DNA of 52,697 bases from a bacterium. GTDB lineage: Bacteria; Patescibacteriota; Dojkabacteria; GCA-016699595. Position numbers and translations under genes: made by a program. How positions within the stretch are numbered: position 1 is the stretch's first letter; each line of letters opens with the position of its first letter. Below the pieces are notes generated by a model that did not search any database, was not told where the DNA came from, and worked only from the letters and a program-made list of their open reading frames with translations. This document shows positions 1-9,081 of the stretch, piece after piece. The stretch spans positions 709,118 through 761,814 of the forward strand of contig CP064982.1 of the NCBI GenBank assembly GCA_016699595.1. Reading direction: 5' to 3'.

Positions 1-663
1 GAAGAAGAAGACTGTTTTGATGAAATTGCAAGGAAATTCAACAAAGAAGAGTTTAGAAAGCTTATTGAAAATCCAGATGACGCAACTTTACCAACTTTAA
101 TTCAAAAATCATTACCTTCCGGCAAAACCTTGGAGGGTTTTTTGTACCCTGATACTTACTACTTCAATGCAAATACGACAAGTTCAGAAGTACTCCAAAA
201 AATTCTTGCTAACTTCGCAAGCAGGTTTGATTCACTCTATAGCTCAAGCACAAACATACAAGGGTTAGATTTGAACTTTTATGATATATTGAAACTAACT
301 TCAGTTGTGACTCGAGAATCCAGCCATAAGGTTGAGGATGATAAGCTAATTGCAGGGGTACTACTCAATAGGCTAAACCAAAGTTATCCACTTCAGTGTG
401 ACACTATAAATCACTATCACTTCAAAAGTTGGACTTATGAGCTTACACAAACTGATTTAACAAAAGATTACCCTTACAATTCATATACCAAAGTTGGTCT
501 ACCGCCAACTCCAATATCAAATGTTTCAATCTCAACTTTTCAAAATGTTTTAAATGCAACAGATACTGATTATTTCTACTTTTTAGCTGATAAAAAAGGA
601 ATTCTGCATTATTCAAAGACTTGGGCAGAACATGTCAATTTTATAAATCAATATTTAAAATAA
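1..663 (+). CDS. mltG: Endolytic transglycosylase MltG (YceG family), 5'-partial
   Basis: Frame is open from base 1. Motifs MEGFLYPDTY, LTSVVTRE, IAGVLLNRL, LQCD, PYNSY..VGLPPTPISN, YFYFLAD and YSKTWAEH match YceG/MltG. Confidence 0.9.
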   Translation, partial: EEEDCFDEIARKFNKEEFRKLIENPDDATLPTLIQKSLPSGKTLEGFLYPDTYYFNANTTSSEVLQKILANFASRFDSLYSSSTNIQGLDLNFYDILKLTSVVTRESSHKVEDDKLIAGVLLNRLNQSYPLQCDTINHYHFKSWTYELTQTDLTKDYPYNSYTKVGLPPTPISNVSISTFQNVLNATDTDYFYFLADKKGILHYSKTWAEHVNFINQYLK

Positions 664-664
664 A

Positions 665-1270
665 ATGTTTAATTCAATTTTTAATAAATTATCTCAAAAA
701 GCAATGTTTGGAGGGTTTTGCGAAAAACAGAACCTTAGTTTTCCAGTTGAGATTTGGAACTCGTTTTCAAATATTGGTTATGTGATTTTTGCAGTATTTT
801 TAGCTTTGTTAAATAAAAAAGATAGAACTTACTCTTTACTTTTAACTTGGGTTGGAATTTCGTCTTTTCTCTACCATTCAGTATTTATAAGGGGTTATCA
901 GATATTGGATTTGACAGCGATACATCTAATAGTTTCTTATGTTTTTTTCAAACTCTTGAAGTTTAGTACAAAGTCAAGCACTGTAATCTCGATGTTATTG
1001 GCCGTGTTAGCATTCTTAAAGAATTTCATTATCCCAGATAGCGGGAGGTTTTTAGTAATGTCTTTTATAATCCCAACAATATTTTTACTTATTAAAACCT
1101 ACAAACAAAAATCAATAGTGATTGTATTGATTTTTCTAATCGCGTTTATTTGTTGGCTCCTTGATAGTTCAATTTTATGTTTTTCGAATCTGCCGTTTTT
1201 GAATGGTCATACACTTTGGCACTTGCTGACAGCTTTCGGATTTTATAAAATAGGTAAGTTAATTTTTTAG
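665..1270 (+). CDS. Ceramidase/CREST-superfamily membrane hydrolase
   Basis: About 7 hydrophobic segments with CREST-type motifs EIWNSFSN, SSFLYH, QILD and GHTLWHLLTA. Confidence 0.7.
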   Translation: MFNSIFNKLSQKAMFGGFCEKQNLSFPVEIWNSFSNIGYVIFAVFLALLNKKDRTYSLLLTWVGISSFLYHSVFIRGYQILDLTAIHLIVSYVFFKLLKFSTKSSTVISMLLAVLAFLKNFIIPDSGRFLVMSFIIPTIFLLIKTYKQKSIVIVLIFLIAFICWLLDSSILCFSNLPFLNGHTLWHLLTAFGFYKIGKLIF

Positions 1271-1295
1271 AGAAAATAGATTTTATCTGACAATA

Positions 1296-2120
1296 TTGCC
1301 CCTCTATACAAAGTCATACAAAAAAGCAGAACCAAAAATCAAAAAAGCCCCAAAAAAGGAAAGTTTTGATATTGATGATTCAATTGATAGAATAATATAT
1401 TCAAATGTCTTCCGTAAGATCGTTCCCACATTTCTTTTTCTAACTGGAGTTGGTTTGCTTACATATCAAATCTATCCAAATATAAAGTATAAACTCGATA
1501 GTGCTTATAATAAATACGATCAAGAGATACTCTCGGTAGTTCCAGAGGATTATTATATAAAGAAAGCAGAGCTTATAAGTTCGGTTCAAAAAGGATATTT
1601 TTCTAGTGTTATTGAATCTGCAGAAGTTTCGAATAAAGTTTTGGGTAAGTCAGAAGATACTATATCTGAAACATATGTAGGTACATTCAAACTTAGCATT
1701 CCTTCAGTAAATTTGGTTTCATTGCCAATTCAAGCAAATGTTGACTCTGCAAGTGAAAATGTTTACAACCCTATACTGCAGCATAATTTAGCACACTTCA
1801 AAGGTACCCCAGTTCCTGGTATGCCAGGGAATACTTTTGTCTATGGGCATTCAATCCAAGAATCTGCATATTTTGATGATCCCAAAAATCCTTATGTTGC
1901 GTTTACAAAGTTGTTTAGAGTGAAAATTGGCGAGAAGATATTTATCGAAAGAGATGGTGTAAATTACTCATATACAATTTTCAAGGTCAAAGAGGTCTCG
2001 CCAACTGATGTAAGTGTTCTTGAGAATACCGTTGATAATGTTTTGACCCTAATGACATGTTCTCCTCCAGGCAATAATACAAAAAGGTTGATTGTTGTAG
2101 CTAGGCAAGACAATATCTAG
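1296..2120 (+). CDS. Sortase (class D/E-like)
   Basis: N-terminal TM segment, AHFKGT..PG..GNTFVYGHS, LTLMTC (catalytic Cys) and RLIVVA (Arg). TTG start is uncertain. Confidence 0.88.
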   Translation: MPLYTKSYKKAEPKIKKAPKKESFDIDDSIDRIIYSNVFRKIVPTFLFLTGVGLLTYQIYPNIKYKLDSAYNKYDQEILSVVPEDYYIKKAELISSVQKGYFSSVIESAEVSNKVLGKSEDTISETYVGTFKLSIPSVNLVSLPIQANVDSASENVYNPILQHNLAHFKGTPVPGMPGNTFVYGHSIQESAYFDDPKNPYVAFTKLFRVKIGEKIFIERDGVNYSYTIFKVKEVSPTDVSVLENTVDNVLTLMTCSPPGNNTKRLIVVARQDNI

Positions 2121-2193
2121 TGATATAATGGTATCAACGCGTCTAAGTTCAAGCTAGAGGTATTTTGTAAGCTAAGAACTTAGTATTTAAGCA

Positions 2194-3117
2194 ATGTCAA
2201 AAATTTTGATTACAGCAAAGAACATGCCAGATCTTGATGGAGTATCATCAATGGTCGCTTATAAAGAACTTTTGCAAGAGCTTAACCCATCCAATACTTA
2301 CTTCACAGGAGAAATATATCAATCTCAACCTGAAGCAAGGTTTGTAGTAGACTTTTTGAAGACGAAAGAAGAAACTGCTTATTTGAAATGGGATGAAGTT
2401 ATATTGGTTGATGCTTCAAGTACTGTAGGGCTTAGAACAGATTTTGTGCCTACTCAAGTTATAGAAGTTATTGATCATCGATTTTTGGAGTCGGTAAATA
2501 TACTGGCCAAAAGATTTCCAAATGCAAAAATTCAAAATGAAAATGTGGGAGTAGCAGTAACTCTCGTAGTCGAAAAGTTTTTGGCAATGTCGAGAGTCCC
2601 AAAGGAAAAAACCTCAAAGCTAATACTGGCAGCTATTTATTCGCATACGCAAAACTTATCTAGTGAGATATTGACGGATCGGGATGTCGCAATCTTGAAT
2701 TACATTAAGTCCACATACGAATTTGACTTAGAATTTATCAGGCAAATGTTTGAGTTTAAAACTGAGTATGCGCTTAGAAATTTAAAAACTGTTCTTTTTG
2801 ATAATGGAAAAATAGAAGACTTGAGATATTTCAGGTTGTCAGCTTTGCAAGTAGAGGTGATGGGAGATGAAATTTTGAATAGCAAAGCTGACATTTTGCA
2901 AATTTTAGCTGAATATAATAGAAAAAATGATTTAAGTATGGGCTTTGTGAATATCATAGATATGCAGAATAAAATAACATATTTAATTACAAATGATGAT
3001 ACTCTAAAAGAGGTGTTTACAAAAGAGCTAGGTTTTGAGTTTACTCAGTATTTAGGAAAGTTTGAAGGGCTCATGCTTCGGAAGCATATATTAGCGAAAC
3101 TAAATTCAAAAAGATGA
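2194..3117 (+). CDS. ppaC: Mn-dependent inorganic pyrophosphatase family (DHH/DHHA2)
   Basis: PDLDGVSS, VILVD, EVIDHR (DHH variant), AAIYSHT..L, TDRD and a DHHA2-like C-terminus. Confidence 0.75.
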   Translation: MSKILITAKNMPDLDGVSSMVAYKELLQELNPSNTYFTGEIYQSQPEARFVVDFLKTKEETAYLKWDEVILVDASSTVGLRTDFVPTQVIEVIDHRFLESVNILAKRFPNAKIQNENVGVAVTLVVEKFLAMSRVPKEKTSKLILAAIYSHTQNLSSEILTDRDVAILNYIKSTYEFDLEFIRQMFEFKTEYALRNLKTVLFDNGKIEDLRYFRLSALQVEVMGDEILNSKADILQILAEYNRKNDLSMGFVNIIDMQNKITYLITNDDTLKEVFTKELGFEFTQYLGKFEGLMLRKHILAKLNSKR

Positions 3118-3932
3118 ATATTTTTGATGGGAAAAAGCATGCTCAAAGAGTATATGATGTGATAAGTCAAACTCTTCTTGGCTCGAAACTGGTAATTTTG
3201 CAAGTGGGTGATGATCTACCATCTAGCAAATATATTGAACTCAAACAAAGTGCGGCAAAAACTCTGCAAGTTGCATTTGAGCTTTATAGATACCCAACGA
3301 ACATAAGTGAAAGTATCCTTCTAGCTAAGATAAACGAACTCAACGAAGATCCCTCGGTAACTGGATTTATGGTTCAGTCTCCATTACCTAAAGAATTGAA
3401 CTTGAAAAGTTTAGTAAGTTATATACTTCCTGAAAAAGATGTTGACGGGATGAATGTTTCTTTGAGCTCAGTAGTTTACCCTGCTGTTGTAGAGTCAATT
3501 CTTGAGGCGATACAAGAGGCCTATGAGGTAAGCAATTCAAAGCAGAACTTTTTGAAAGGAAAGGTTGTGAGTATAGTAAATGACTCCATAATATTGGGAA
3601 GGCCACTGGCAATGAAGTTACTGGATTTGGGTGCAACAGTGAAGGTGTTGAACAGATTCACTGTCAACTTGGAAGACCAAATCCGTGAGAGTGAAATCAT
3701 AGTATCTGGTACTGGAGTCAGGAACCTCATCAAGATTGCGAGTTTATCTTTAGATCAAGTTTGTATCGACTGTGGTGCGCCACAAGGAGATTTTGAATTT
3801 AACAATAAATTTGATTTTGACGCTCTTGCAAATCAAAATTTCTGTAAATTTATAACTCCTGTTCCGAAAGGGATTGGACCATTGACTGTTGCAAAGTTGT
3901 TTGAGAATTTGGCTAAATTATACTCAAAATGA
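3114..3932 (+). CDS. folD: Methylenetetrahydrofolate dehydrogenase/cyclohydrolase FolD
   Basis: IFDGKK, S.KYIELK, GFMVQSPLP, KDVDG, LGRPLA..L and ITPVPKGIGPLTVAKL. ATGA overlap with ppaC. Confidence 0.9.
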   Translation: MNIFDGKKHAQRVYDVISQTLLGSKLVILQVGDDLPSSKYIELKQSAAKTLQVAFELYRYPTNISESILLAKINELNEDPSVTGFMVQSPLPKELNLKSLVSYILPEKDVDGMNVSLSSVVYPAVVESILEAIQEAYEVSNSKQNFLKGKVVSIVNDSIILGRPLAMKLLDLGATVKVLNRFTVNLEDQIRESEIIVSGTGVRNLIKIASLSLDQVCIDCGAPQGDFEFNNKFDFDALANQNFCKFITPVPKGIGPLTVAKLFENLAKLYSK

Positions 3933-3971
3933 GTAACAATATTTTTAGTTTAGTAAAAGTAATTACTACTG

Positions 3972-4652
3972 CTAATCTTTACTTTTCCCACTTAACATCA
4001 TTACATAATAAAGCACTTGACCTAAAGAAGTCACGGTTGCTGCGACATAAGTAAAAGCTGCTGCCATAAGAACTTTTTTCGCTCCAGGTATCTCGTCTGG
4101 GGTAAGCAAGTTATACTTCTTGATCATATCAATACCTCTTTTTGATGCATTAAATTCTACAGGCAATGTAACAAGCGTGAAGATAAAGGTCAAAGAAAAC
4201 AAAATCAGACCTAAAGTTGCAAGCCCTGAAAATTGCAGTGCAAGTCCCAAAATTATCAAAAAAAAGCCCAGATTACTGCCGATATTTGTAGCAGGAACAA
4301 GCGCAGTTCTTATACTCATCATTCCGAACTTGTCACGATCTTGGCAGGCGTGACCAAGTTCATGAGCAACTATTGCAATTCCAGCAATGCTGGATGCGGC
4401 ATTGCCACTGCTAAATCGAACAATGTTTCTTTGAGAATCATAATGATCTGTCAGTTCACCAGGTATAACTTCTGAACTAATTGGCAAATTTTCGTTTGAA
4501 ATAATTATTTTTCCTGCATCAAGTCCAGTCAAACCAGTTTGGGTTGGAACTTTTGAGTAAGTGTTGTAGTAACTTGACAAAAAATATTTGGCTAGTAATG
4601 CAAGAGCTAATCCTGGAAGTGTGTAAAGTAGATAGGTTATGTTGTAAGGCAT
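3972..4652 (-). CDS. Membrane zinc metallopeptidase (YugP/Zn_peptidase_2 family)
   Basis: GELTDHYD, IVAHELGHACQ (HExxH), TLPVEFNASKR and VLMAAAFTYVAA. Confidence 0.9.
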   Translation of the reverse strand: MPYNITYLLYTLPGLALALLAKYFLSSYYNTYSKVPTQTGLTGLDAGKIIISNENLPISSEVIPGELTDHYDSQRNIVRFSSGNAASSIAGIAIVAHELGHACQDRDKFGMMSIRTALVPATNIGSNLGFFLIILGLALQFSGLATLGLILFSLTFIFTLVTLPVEFNASKRGIDMIKKYNLLTPDEIPGAKKVLMAAAFTYVAATVTSLGQVLYYVMMLSGKSKD

Positions 4653-4907
4653 TAGGTTATATAAAATTAAGCTTTTAAGAATTTCAAAAAGCTAGCTGTA
4701 CAAATTAATATGGTAAGTATTGTACTTTAATTTGACCAAATTTGCAAGGTTGACGACAAGTTTTGATTGACTGATGTATTAACCAAGTTTGAAGTGGCGT
4801 TACGGTTAGGCAACACTGTGAAACTACGTTTCACAATCAGTTGCAAATATAACATTGGACATAAACTTCTAGCTGTTGAACAAAAAGTTTGATATACTAT
4901 TTTCATA

Positions 4908-6668
4908 ATGAAGTTTTCTGTTTTTGCACAAAAGCTATCTAAACTAGAAGGAATGTCTTCTAGAACTTTGATATCTACAGAGTATTCGAGGTTGATTGGT
5001 CTTTGTAGTTCAAAAGAAGAAGTTTATATGGCTGTTACAATGACTACAGGAAGAATTTCGCCAAAATATAGTTCATTGGAGTTCAACTTTGCGCAAAAGC
5101 AACTACTTAAAACTTTACAGCATATTTATTTAGATATCGAAGAAAAGTATAAAGATGTTGGTGATATAGGCTCAGCTATAGAAACTTCAAGAGAGACTGG
5201 AAGTATATATGGTGAAAATTTGGGGCAAGGAACGGATTTACAATCCATGTTTGAAGAGTTATATACTTTTGCGAGTATAACTGGGCCGGGTTCAAATGAG
5301 AGAAAGGCAAAAATGCTTCTTCGGATGCTATTAAGAGAAGATAATGTTAGCCGAAAATGGATTACGAGGATAATTTTAGGGAGTATGCGACTAGGGCTTT
5401 CGGAAAAGGGGATAATTGATGCCATTTCTATTTACCTGGTAGGTGATAAAAATTGCTCTGAATCTATCGAGAAAGCAGTAGGTGTCAGGTCTGATATTGC
5501 AGAGATCGCAGCTCTCACATATGACTGGAAATCGGAGTTGTCATTAGAGGAAATAAAAGCTAATTTATCGTTACTGAAAGTAAAACTATTTACTCCTGTA
5601 GCTTCAAAGCTCGTAGAAAGGGTTAAGGATGAGCTAGAAGTAATAGAGAGAATGAAGGTCTGTTTTGTGCAACCAAAGTTTGACGGTTTGAGAATACAAG
5701 CTCACTTCAATGTTGATAGAGTAGAATTTTACTCAAGAAACATGGAGAATAATACTGCTGCGTATCCAGATCTGGTAGATGCATTGAAAAGTTTCGCAAA
5801 ACTAAATGGCTTGGAATCGGCAATCTTTGATGGAGAAGTTGTAGGTTATGATCAAGTCTCCGGTAAGCCACTGCCATTTCAAGATACTTCAAAGCGAAGA
5901 CGTAAATCCAGTAATGAAGAGAGAACTTCGGAAATCCCGGTGGTATATAATGTTTTTGATGTTCTTTTTGAAAATGGGGTAGATATGACCGCAAGTCCAA
6001 TAGAAGAAAGGCTCTTAAAATTAAGAAGTTATTCTTGGACAGCAAGTATTCTACTTACACAAACGGACAAAGTCTCTGAGACAGAAAGTTTACGACAACT
6101 ATTTGACCGATACGTTCGGATAGAGGGACAAGAAGGAGTTATTGCCAAAAAGTTATCCACGCCCTATGATCCGGGCACTAGAAACTTTGATTGGGTGAAG
6201 TTAAAAAGATCTGCAGATTCAAATTTAAACGACTCTACGGACTTGTTGGTATTGGGATACTATTTAGGCAAGGGCAAAAGAGCAGGCATAGGAATTGGAG
6301 GTATTTTATGTGGAACTTATGACAAAGATACCCAAAAGTTCTATACGGTATGTAAAGTCGGAACTGGATTTAGTGACGAGCAATTGAGAATGTATCTAGT
6401 AGAACTAGACGCACTTGTTTCAGCCAAGCAATACAATCAAGAAAATTCTGAAATTGCTATGAGTTTACAAGATGGTCTTGTAACAGTAGAACCCAAAATA
6501 GTTGTCGAAATAGAAGCTGATGAAATAACTGCCTCAGAACTGCATAGTGCGAAATACTCTCTTAGATTTCCAAGGATCAAAAATTGGAATAGAGACAAGA
6601 GTTTTGAACAAGTAACAACAATAAAAGAGCTGAAAAGGATGTTTGAGATACGAAAGGGTGTAGTCTAA
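4908..6668 (+). CDS. lig: ATP-dependent DNA ligase with N-terminal DNA-binding domain
   Basis: Motif I QPKFDGLR, IFDGEVV, YNVFD, EGVIAK, WVKLK, GKR, VGTGFSD and LRFPR (OB fold). Confidence 0.93.
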   Translation: MKFSVFAQKLSKLEGMSSRTLISTEYSRLIGLCSSKEEVYMAVTMTTGRISPKYSSLEFNFAQKQLLKTLQHIYLDIEEKYKDVGDIGSAIETSRETGSIYGENLGQGTDLQSMFEELYTFASITGPGSNERKAKMLLRMLLREDNVSRKWITRIILGSMRLGLSEKGIIDAISIYLVGDKNCSESIEKAVGVRSDIAEIAALTYDWKSELSLEEIKANLSLLKVKLFTPVASKLVERVKDELEVIERMKVCFVQPKFDGLRIQAHFNVDRVEFYSRNMENNTAAYPDLVDALKSFAKLNGLESAIFDGEVVGYDQVSGKPLPFQDTSKRRRKSSNEERTSEIPVVYNVFDVLFENGVDMTASPIEERLLKLRSYSWTASILLTQTDKVSETESLRQLFDRYVRIEGQEGVIAKKLSTPYDPGTRNFDWVKLKRSADSNLNDSTDLLVLGYYLGKGKRAGIGIGGILCGTYDKDTQKFYTVCKVGTGFSDEQLRMYLVELDALVSAKQYNQENSEIAMSLQDGLVTVEPKIVVEIEADEITASELHSAKYSLRFPRIKNWNRDKSFEQVTTIKELKRMFEIRKGVV

Positions 6669-6765
6669 TCGAAACTTCGTTTTACTGATAACTTCTAACT
6701 GATACTAGGCTTGTAAAAAAGGAAAAATGTAGTAAAATACTACTAAACTGCCGATTTAATATAAA

Positions 6766-7413
6766 TTGTATCCAAATTATAACCAAAACTCTTTTCCTCC
6801 ATTAGGTAACTTCAATCCCCAACCTGCTCCACCGTACTATGTTCCTCAGTCCCAAAACTTGAATAATCTGGATAACTTCTCTGGTTATCAACGTTATCAA
6901 CCATCCCCACCTCAAGTATCAGCAAATCAAGCTTCAAGTCAACAAAAGTTGCAAGAAGATGTTTCCAAAAAGAAAGACAAAATTATCAGTTGGTACAAAC
7001 TTATATTTGGCAGGATACCTTCTGAATCTGATCTCTCTACATTGCTCCAGTCAAAGTTACCAGAAATTGAAATAGTAAAAAAAATGCTTTCTGATAGCGA
7101 GCATCTTGAAGTATTGAATGCAAGAAATGAAATCATAAATAGTAGAATTGAAAATGAACGGCTAAAAAAGGAAATGGAGGATATGCAACTGAAACAAGTA
7201 GATTTAGAAAACACAAACAAAGGTTGGGAAGAATTGGTAGCTGATAAATCGAATGAAATAAGAGAACTTGATCAACAAATTCAAAACTTTAATTTAGAGC
7301 TTGAGAAAGCAAGAAACAAAATTATTCGACTTGAAGAGGCATTCAATAGTAAGTTTTCAACTAAAATAAAAAACACATTTGATCGGATTGTTGACAAAAT
7401 TGTCGACAGATAA
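6766..7413 (+). CDS. Hypothetical protein with N/Q/P/Y/S-rich N-terminus and long coiled coil
   Basis: 215 aa ORF with a low-complexity first ~65 aa and heptad-rich aa ~110-195. A promoter-like TTGTAA-16-TAAAAT lies at 6711-6738. Confidence 0.7.
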   Translation: MYPNYNQNSFPPLGNFNPQPAPPYYVPQSQNLNNLDNFSGYQRYQPSPPQVSANQASSQQKLQEDVSKKKDKIISWYKLIFGRIPSESDLSTLLQSKLPEIEIVKKMLSDSEHLEVLNARNEIINSRIENERLKKEMEDMQLKQVDLENTNKGWEELVADKSNEIRELDQQIQNFNLELEKARNKIIRLEEAFNSKFSTKIKNTFDRIVDKIVDR

Positions 7414-7430
7414 ATCTTCGTAATAAAATA

Positions 7431-7459
7431 TTGATAAACTCTCAATGTTTTATTATAAT
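7431..7459 (+). promoter_or_regulatory. Sigma70-type promoter for tRNA-Ile(UAU)-rel
   Basis: TTGATA-17 bp-TATAAT ending 9 nt before the tRNA. Confidence 0.8.
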
Positions 7460-7468
7460 ACTCAAACA

Positions 7469-7542
7469 GGGCGTATAGTTCAGTCGGTTAGAACGCGGTT
7501 CTTATAAAGCCGAAGTCCATGGTTCGAGTCCATGTACGCCCA
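7469..7542 (+). tRNA. tRNA-Ile (anticodon TAT)
   Basis: Full cloverleaf: acceptor GGGCGTA/TACGCCC, discriminator A, anticodon arm CGGTT-CTTATAA-AGCCG, T arm CATGG-TTCGAGT-CCATG. Confidence 0.93.
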
Positions 7543-7572
7543 GTTCTTACAGAAATTATCTCAGTTACAGTT

Positions 7573-9063
7573 ATGAAAAACGAAATAAAGATAAAGTTAG
7601 ATACCTCTACTATTTTTCATTTTTCTGAATTAGAATCTTTGATTCAATCCTCAGGTTTAGAATATGACTTATCTGCAATACAGAAAGCCTATCTTTTTGC
7701 TGCTGAGAAGCACTTCGGCCAAACTAGAATGGATGGTACTCCCTATGTATCTCATTTACTTACTGTCTCAAAGTACTTGGTAGAATTGGGTATGGATACC
7801 ACTTCAGTTATAGCTGGGTTACTTCATGACACTGTTGAAGATTGTGGCGTTTTGCTAGATGAGCTTGAATTGGAATTTGGTATAGAGATAGCCTATATTG
7901 TTGACGGTTTGACAAATGTGCACAATCTTGAAGATCGTACAAAGTATGACGATCTTGAGAATTTTCAAAAGATGATATTGAAGTCGGTTGATGATATTCG
8001 CATAATTATTATCAAATTATGTGACAAACTTCATAACTTATCAAATATGAGTACTTATAGTGAAGAAAAGAAAATAAAATCTGCTGAAAATGTCAAAGCT
8101 TTGTGGGAACCGATATCTGAATACTTAGGTCTGTTTTTGATAAAAAGAGAATATCAAGATATTTGTTTCAACATCTTAGACAAGGAAAATTACCTGAAGG
8201 TACAAGGTGAATATGATATGTATGTAGAAAAGCACTTAACTGATGCGAAAAACTTACAGACTGACATAGTCGAATTACTAAATGAATATAAACTTGAGGG
8301 TTTCAAAGTAGACTTCAGGGTTAAGTCTATAGGAAGTTTCTATGACAAGGTGGCAAGAAAAGCAGGAGACAAACAAGTGCAAAATCAATTTGAATTGGTT
8401 CCTGATATATTTGCTTATAGGATACTTGTTCATAATGTCGAGATGTGTTACGAGGTATTATCGCTCATTTCTGCTAAATTTAAACTGAAGGTAGAGGAGT
8501 ATGATGATTATATAGCCAAGCCTAAGAAGAGCGGATACAAATCACTGCATACGGTTGTTCTACCAAAGGAGGATTTACAAGTTGAGATTCAAATCAAGAC
8601 TTACGAAATGCATGATTACAATGAATATGGACCTGCTTCTCACATAGCTTATAAAAACGGAGGTAAAGATTATTCTTGGGTTCGCAGCTTACAAGACTAT
8701 ACCGTTATACAAAAAACGGAGACTGATTCTAGTAGCTATAAAGAAAATGTATTTAAGGGAAAAGTTTTTGTATTTACACCAGAATACAATGTAAAAGTCC
8801 TTAGTGAAGGTTCTGTCCCAATTGACTTTGCCTATGAAGTTCATACAGAGGTTGGGGACAGTTATGCAGGGGCTAAGGTGAATGGAAAGATAGTTTCTGC
8901 AGATTATACATTGAAAACAGGTGATATAGTCGAAATCTTGACAAGCAAAAACAGACTTGCTCCGAGTCTTGATATATTGAAACATGCCAGAATGTCTGAA
9001 ACAAAATCGAGAATTAGAAGGGCAAGAAACAGAGTGAACAGTCTTAACCATGAAAATCTATAG
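7573..9063 (+). CDS. rel: RelA/SpoT homologue (HD hydrolase + synthetase + TGS, no ACT domain)
   Basis: H.GQTR.DG.PY..H, LHDTVED, KLCDKLHN, RVKS, DIFAYRI, GYKSLH, EIQIKT, DFAYEVHTEVG. Start moved to ATG 7573 because the track start lies inside the tRNA. Confidence 0.92.
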   Translation: MKNEIKIKLDTSTIFHFSELESLIQSSGLEYDLSAIQKAYLFAAEKHFGQTRMDGTPYVSHLLTVSKYLVELGMDTTSVIAGLLHDTVEDCGVLLDELELEFGIEIAYIVDGLTNVHNLEDRTKYDDLENFQKMILKSVDDIRIIIIKLCDKLHNLSNMSTYSEEKKIKSAENVKALWEPISEYLGLFLIKREYQDICFNILDKENYLKVQGEYDMYVEKHLTDAKNLQTDIVELLNEYKLEGFKVDFRVKSIGSFYDKVARKAGDKQVQNQFELVPDIFAYRILVHNVEMCYEVLSLISAKFKLKVEEYDDYIAKPKKSGYKSLHTVVLPKEDLQVEIQIKTYEMHDYNEYGPASHIAYKNGGKDYSWVRSLQDYTVIQKTETDSSSYKENVFKGKVFVFTPEYNVKVLSEGSVPIDFAYEVHTEVGDSYAGAKVNGKIVSADYTLKTGDIVEILTSKNRLAPSLDILKHARMSETKSRIRRARNRVNSLNHENL

Positions 9064-9081
9064 AATAATTGAGTCTTATGA

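Noticed and set aside
7519-7572. N-terminal extension of Rel in the ORF track
   Set aside because: It overlaps the tRNA-Ile gene. ATG 7573 is the plausible start.
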